DNA from: Clostridia bacterium
GTDB lineage: Bacteria > Bacillota > Clostridia > Christensenellales > UBA1242
DNA: 48,608 bases
Direction of reading: 5' to 3'
Assembly: GCA_045638465.1 (NCBI GenBank)
Contig: JAZUBK010000017.1
Span: 1-48,608 of the forward strand
Shown: positions 45,002-48,608 of the stretch, piece by piece
Numbering within the stretch: position 1 is the stretch's first letter
Layout of the letters: each line of letters starts with the position of its first letter
Translations under genes and position numbers: made by a program
The notes under the pieces: model-generated
Databases searched by the model: none
The model's input: only the letters and a program-made list of their open reading frames with translations
What the model was told of the DNA's origin: nothing

Positions 45002-45678
45002 AAATCTTCTCCCTTTTTTATACATTGGCAAAGAACATCATAATAAAGTTTTTTCTCTTGCGTTAGCGTCTTTGCACTTTTTAATATTTCATCATATAGT
45101 TGTTTTTCACTAGCCAAATATTCCCTGAAATCTTCTGGGTATTGCTCTACATTTGTCTTACCAAAAAATAACTCTGGTTTAGTCAAAGTATCCTCACCAA
45201 AAACAGCTTCCAACACGAAATAAAATTGTTTACCATCTTTGACAACAACATCTTGATTTATTTTGTAGCCATTGTTTATAAGGTACTCTCTTAAATTTAC
45301 TACATTTTTTTGTGGTTGCAAAATAAATGAGTGAATATTTTGTTTATTTTTAATTTTTGACAAAATTTTAATTATTTCTTCGCCACCCATACCTGCAATA
45401 ATTGTTTGTACATTATCTTGAATATCGCAAAGTCCATCAAGGCCATCACAAACAACAAAAACAGATTTATCCAAAAAATTTAGTTTTTGCATAAGTTGTC
45501 TAGCTTTTTCTAAACTTTTGCTACTAATATCAGTAAGATAAGCTTTTTTAATTTTGCCGTCTAAAAACAACTGGCCAACCAACTTGCCATGGTCAGTACC
45601 AATATCTGCTATGATATTGTGGCTAGTCATATCGTATATTTTTTTTAGTCTACAATCTTTTATAAGATTAGGCATCAC
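44995..45678 (-). CDS. trmK: tRNA (adenine22-N1)-methyltransferase
   Basis: [18 protein letters not shown] and ILQP; follows sigA. Confidence 0.93.
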   Translation of the reverse strand: MMPNLIKDCRLKKIYDMTSHNIIADIGTDHGKLVGQLFLDGKIKKAYLTDISSKSLEKARQLMQKLNFLDKSVFVVCDGLDGLCDIQDNVQTIIAGMGGEEIIKILSKIKNKQNIHSFILQPQKNVVNLREYLINNGYKINQDVVVKDGKQFYFVLEAVFGEDTLTKPELFFGKTNVEQYPEDFREYLASEKQLYDEILKSAKTLTQEKKLYYDVLCQCIKKGEDLC

Positions 45679-46729
45679 AATAACCTTTTAGTCTCTTACA
45701 TCTGTTTGGATTTCTTAGTTTTCTCAAAGCTTTTGCTTCGATTTGTCTTATTCTTTCTCTTGTTACATTAAACTCTTTGCCGACTTCTTCCAAAGTTCTT
45801 GGGTGTGAGTCATCAAGACCATATCTTAGTCTGATAACTTTTTGCTCTCTAGGAGTTAGTGTATCAATAGCAGCAAGTAGTTGCTCTTTCAAAATCAAAT
45901 CTTCAGCAGCTTTTACTGGAGACTTCATACTTTCATCTTCAACGAAGTCTTTGATTGAGCTATCTTCTTCTTCACCAACTGGGTTTTCTAGAGATACTGG
46001 GTCTTGAGCTATCTTTTGAATTTCGTGTACTTTTTCTACAGAAATTCCCATTTTGTCAGCAATTTCTTCAGATGTAGGGTCTCTACCCAACTCTTGAAGT
46101 AATTGTCTACTAACACGGATAAGTTTATTGATTGTTTCAACCATATGTACAGGAATTCTGATTGTTCTTGCTTGGTCAGCTATTGCTCTTGTGATAGATT
46201 GTCTAATCCACCATGTAGCATAAGTTGAGAATCTAAAGCCTTTTGTGTAGTCAAATTTTTCTACAGCTTTCAAAAGACCAAGGTTTCCTTCTTGGATAAG
46301 GTCCAAAAAGTGCATACTAGTTCTACCAACATATTTTTTTGCAATAGAAACAACAAGTCTTAGGTTAGCTTCGCTTAGTTTTGCTCTAGCATAAGCATCA
46401 CCTTCTGCCATTCTTTTTGCAAGTTCTATTTCTTCATCTTGTTGCAAAAGTGGAACTTTACCAATGTCTTTTAGATACATTTTAACTGGGTCATCTACAC
46501 TTACTTCGCTGATGATTTTAGAAAAATCTTCTACTTCTTCTACAGCGTCTTTTTGGTATTTGATTTTGAAGCCTTGTTCTTGAAGATAAGTCAAAACTTC
46601 ATTTACTTCTTCTACAGAAGCATCGTACTTCAAAAGTCTTAAAACAACGTCTTCTTCATTAATAAATTCTTTTCCCTTTGATACCTCAACAAGTTTGTTA
46701 ACTTCTGGTACAAATCTCTCATTAAACAT
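45668..46729 (-). CDS. sigA: Primary sigma factor SigA (RpoD)
   Basis: [40 protein letters not shown] and TRERIRQIE. Start set at ATG 46729 after GGAGA. Confidence 0.98.
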   Translation of the reverse strand: MFNERFVPEVNKLVEVSKGKEFINEEDVVLRLLKYDASVEEVNEVLTYLQEQGFKIKYQKDAVEEVEDFSKIISEVSVDDPVKMYLKDIGKVPLLQQDEEIELAKRMAEGDAYARAKLSEANLRLVVSIAKKYVGRTSMHFLDLIQEGNLGLLKAVEKFDYTKGFRFSTYATWWIRQSITRAIADQARTIRIPVHMVETINKLIRVSRQLLQELGRDPTSEEIADKMGISVEKVHEIQKIAQDPVSLENPVGEEEDSSIKDFVEDESMKSPVKAAEDLILKEQLLAAIDTLTPREQKVIRLRYGLDDSHPRTLEEVGKEFNVTRERIRQIEAKALRKLRNPNRCKRLKGYCDA

Positions 46730-46733
46730 AAAA

Positions 46734-48524
46734 TTATTCTCCAATTTTTCTATTTTTTAATTCTTTAGTAACTATGCTTAGTTGCATAGCAATAGCTCTG
46801 CGCTTATCAAGGTCTGTTTCTTTTTTGTATTCTTCCATAAGCTTTTCTTGTTTCATTTGAAGTCCCATAGAATAAATAACTCTCAAACTTTGCTTGAAAT
46901 ACGCCTCTTGCTTTTCACCAAACTCTTCAAAATTAAAATCTATAATATCTTTTATATCAGGGTTTTCGTCCACATCAAACATATCAAATAAACTACTTAC
47001 AGTAAATTTGATATCTTTTTCGAAACAATCTTTTACATAATCAAATAATTTTTGATGATTTGGGTTTTTGAAATACATTGTTCCCAAATCTTCAAAGTGC
47101 GCATAAGGTTTTTTGTGTATAAAACTTGCAATAATAAACTTAATTGCTTTTTGAATAGAGTTTTCTCTCTTTTCTAAGGATTTTTCTTGGGTTTGTGAAA
47201 TCTCTACTTTAATCTCTTTGCCAATATCACGTCTCAAAATGTCAACAGCAATATTTGTAAGTTTACTCAAAAGTTTCAAATAAACTTCTTGCTCTGAGTT
47301 CGTGCCAAGATCTTTGATTATCTCAAAAGCCTCTGCCAAAAACTTTCTCTTATCATAGTTGTTTGTCAAATTAAAACGCTTAGATAAACTAATCAACTTA
47401 TAGTCCAAGGCAGGAATTGCTTTTTCTATATACTCTAGCAATTTGTCCTTACCATACTTTGTCAAAAAGTCATCTGGGTCAAGTCCGTCTGGCAAAACCG
47501 CACATCTAACGTCTAAGCCACCATCAAGCAAAATATCAACCGATCTAAACATTGCTTTTTGACCAGCGTTATCTCCGTCTAAGCACAGTACAACTCTTTC
47601 GCAGAATCTCTTTAGTTCTCTTGCATGATGTTCGGTAATTGCCGTACCCATACACGCAACAGTATTTTCGATTCCTGATTTTACCATTGATATAACATCA
47701 ACGTTTCCTTCTACAATAATAATTGTATCAAGACCTCTTTCTTGCTTTAATTTTTTAATATTGTTTATGTTATATACAATTCTGCTCTTATCAAAAATCG
47801 GCGTTTGAGTTGTATTTTTATATTTTGCATAATCTGAAGCTTCCAAAACTCTTCCCGTAAAACCTATACAGTTTCCATAAGAGTTAATAATAGGAAACAT
47901 AACCCTATCAGCGTTAACGTCATAATAATATTTATTGCCGTTGCCTTTGTCTTTGCACTCGGTTATACCTGCCTCTTTCATAAGTGCTGCAGATATACCT
48001 TTGCTTTTAAAGTGCTCTATACTACTTGTCCAACCATCGCAATAACCTATATGGAACTTTTTGATTATTTCATCATTAAGCCCTCTTTTTGCCAGGTAAT
48101 CTCTTGCTTTTTGTGCCACAGGCAATTTTAGGTTGGCCTCATAAAAAGCCATAACCTCATCACATACATTATAAAGTTTGTCTTTAACTTTTTGCTTTTT
48201 TAAAACTTCTTCATCGCCTGTCCACTCAGGAACTTCCATACCGACAGACTTGGCTAGTTGTTTAACTGCGCCCATAAAGTCTAGTGATTCCATTTTTTCT
48301 ACAAACTTGATTACATCACCACTTTCGCCACAACCAAAGCAGTGATAAAATTGCTCTACCTCGTTTACAGCAAAAGAAGGTGTCTTCTCAAAGTGAAATG
48401 GACAACACCCCCAGTAAGTTTTTCCCTTTTTGTTTAGTGGGACATATTTTGATATAGTAGACACTATATCGCATTTTTCCTTCAACTGCATTATAAAATC
48501 AGTTGGATATCCTTTGTTTTGCAT
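46734..48524 (-). CDS. dnaG: DNA primase
   Basis: CHC2 zinc finger CPFH..KTPSF...HCFGC, KYKNT, TOPRIM VEGNVD, LDGDNAG and DPDD. Confidence 0.98.
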   Translation of the reverse strand: MQNKGYPTDFIMQLKEKCDIVSTISKYVPLNKKGKTYWGCCPFHFEKTPSFAVNEVEQFYHCFGCGESGDVIKFVEKMESLDFMGAVKQLAKSVGMEVPEWTGDEEVLKKQKVKDKLYNVCDEVMAFYEANLKLPVAQKARDYLAKRGLNDEIIKKFHIGYCDGWTSSIEHFKSKGISAALMKEAGITECKDKGNGNKYYYDVNADRVMFPIINSYGNCIGFTGRVLEASDYAKYKNTTQTPIFDKSRIVYNINNIKKLKQERGLDTIIIVEGNVDVISMVKSGIENTVACMGTAITEHHARELKRFCERVVLCLDGDNAGQKAMFRSVDILLDGGLDVRCAVLPDGLDPDDFLTKYGKDKLLEYIEKAIPALDYKLISLSKRFNLTNNYDKRKFLAEAFEIIKDLGTNSEQEVYLKLLSKLTNIAVDILRRDIGKEIKVEISQTQEKSLEKRENSIQKAIKFIIASFIHKKPYAHFEDLGTMYFKNPNHQKLFDYVKDCFEKDIKFTVSSLFDMFDVDENPDIKDIIDFNFEEFGEKQEAYFKQSLRVIYSMGLQMKQEKLMEEYKKETDLDKRRAIAMQLSIVTKELKNRKIGE

Positions 48525-48555
48525 TATCTCTCCGATAAAAAACCTAATACCTATT

Positions 48556-48583
48556 ATTTAGACACAAAGTTTGTTTTTCCTTT
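48556..48583 (-). promoter_or_regulatory. SigH-like promoter of dnaG-sigA
   Basis: AAAGGAAAA...GTCTAAAT, i.e. AGGA-18 bp-AAAT, one mismatch to GAAT. Confidence 0.4.
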
Positions 48584-48608
48584 TTTTATTTTAAAAAATT
48601 TTTAATTT

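Noticed and set aside
1672-46744. Longer N-termini in the ORF track for trxA, comM, tyrS, ylxM, DUF4364, the DUF164 protein and sigA
   Set aside because: The extensions run through promoters, the T-box terminator or upstream genes, while downstream ATGs have clear SD sequences.
3055-46991. Many 60-150 aa ORFs antisense or out of frame within housekeeping genes
   Set aside because: Shadow ORFs of conserved genes: no RBS, no recognisable motifs and typical reverse-frame composition.
1-48608. CRISPR arrays, tRNA/rRNA genes, IS elements
   Set aside because: Intergenic gaps are short (under about 300 nt) and explained by promoters, terminators, the T-box and the L19 leader; no repeat-spacer periodicity or cloverleaf seen.

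Overview
A low-GC, almost entirely housekeeping chromosomal segment from a Clostridia-type Firmicute, probably a streamlined spore former. Most genes lie on the minus strand. Following minus-strand transcription, the order is dnaG-sigA-trmK-Zn-ribbon protein; an accessory patch (secreted cell-wall-enzyme-like protein, TPR protein, two lipoproteins); a YtlACD-like ABC transporter; valS; a second small accessory patch; ylbJ, dCMP deaminase and tmcAL; pta-ackA; yceD-rpmF; plsX-rnc-smc; ftsY; ylxM-ffh-rpsP-khpA; rimM-trmD-rbgA-rnhB-yraN; T-box tyrS; L19-leader rplS; comM-dprA-topA-trmFO-hslU-hisS-trxA; and iscS-iscU. I saw no CRISPR array, tRNA/rRNA gene, transposase, integrase or prophage. The best novelty candidate is an HslU (ClpY) ATPase with no neighbouring hslV. 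Its HslV-activating C-terminal tail (DLSRFIL type) is replaced by KKNMGFGGEE, which resembles a ClpP-docking [ILVM]GF motif and suggests a protease-partner switch. Other leads: a lipoprotein with a catalytically degenerate ComEC-type metallo-beta-lactamase fold, a possible divergent L,D-transpeptidase, several apparently leaderless genes, operator palindromes, sporulation sigma/Spo0A sites, and clean local absences of xerC/hslV/codY, acpP and nif3. All calls are by-eye motif recognition; no searches were run.
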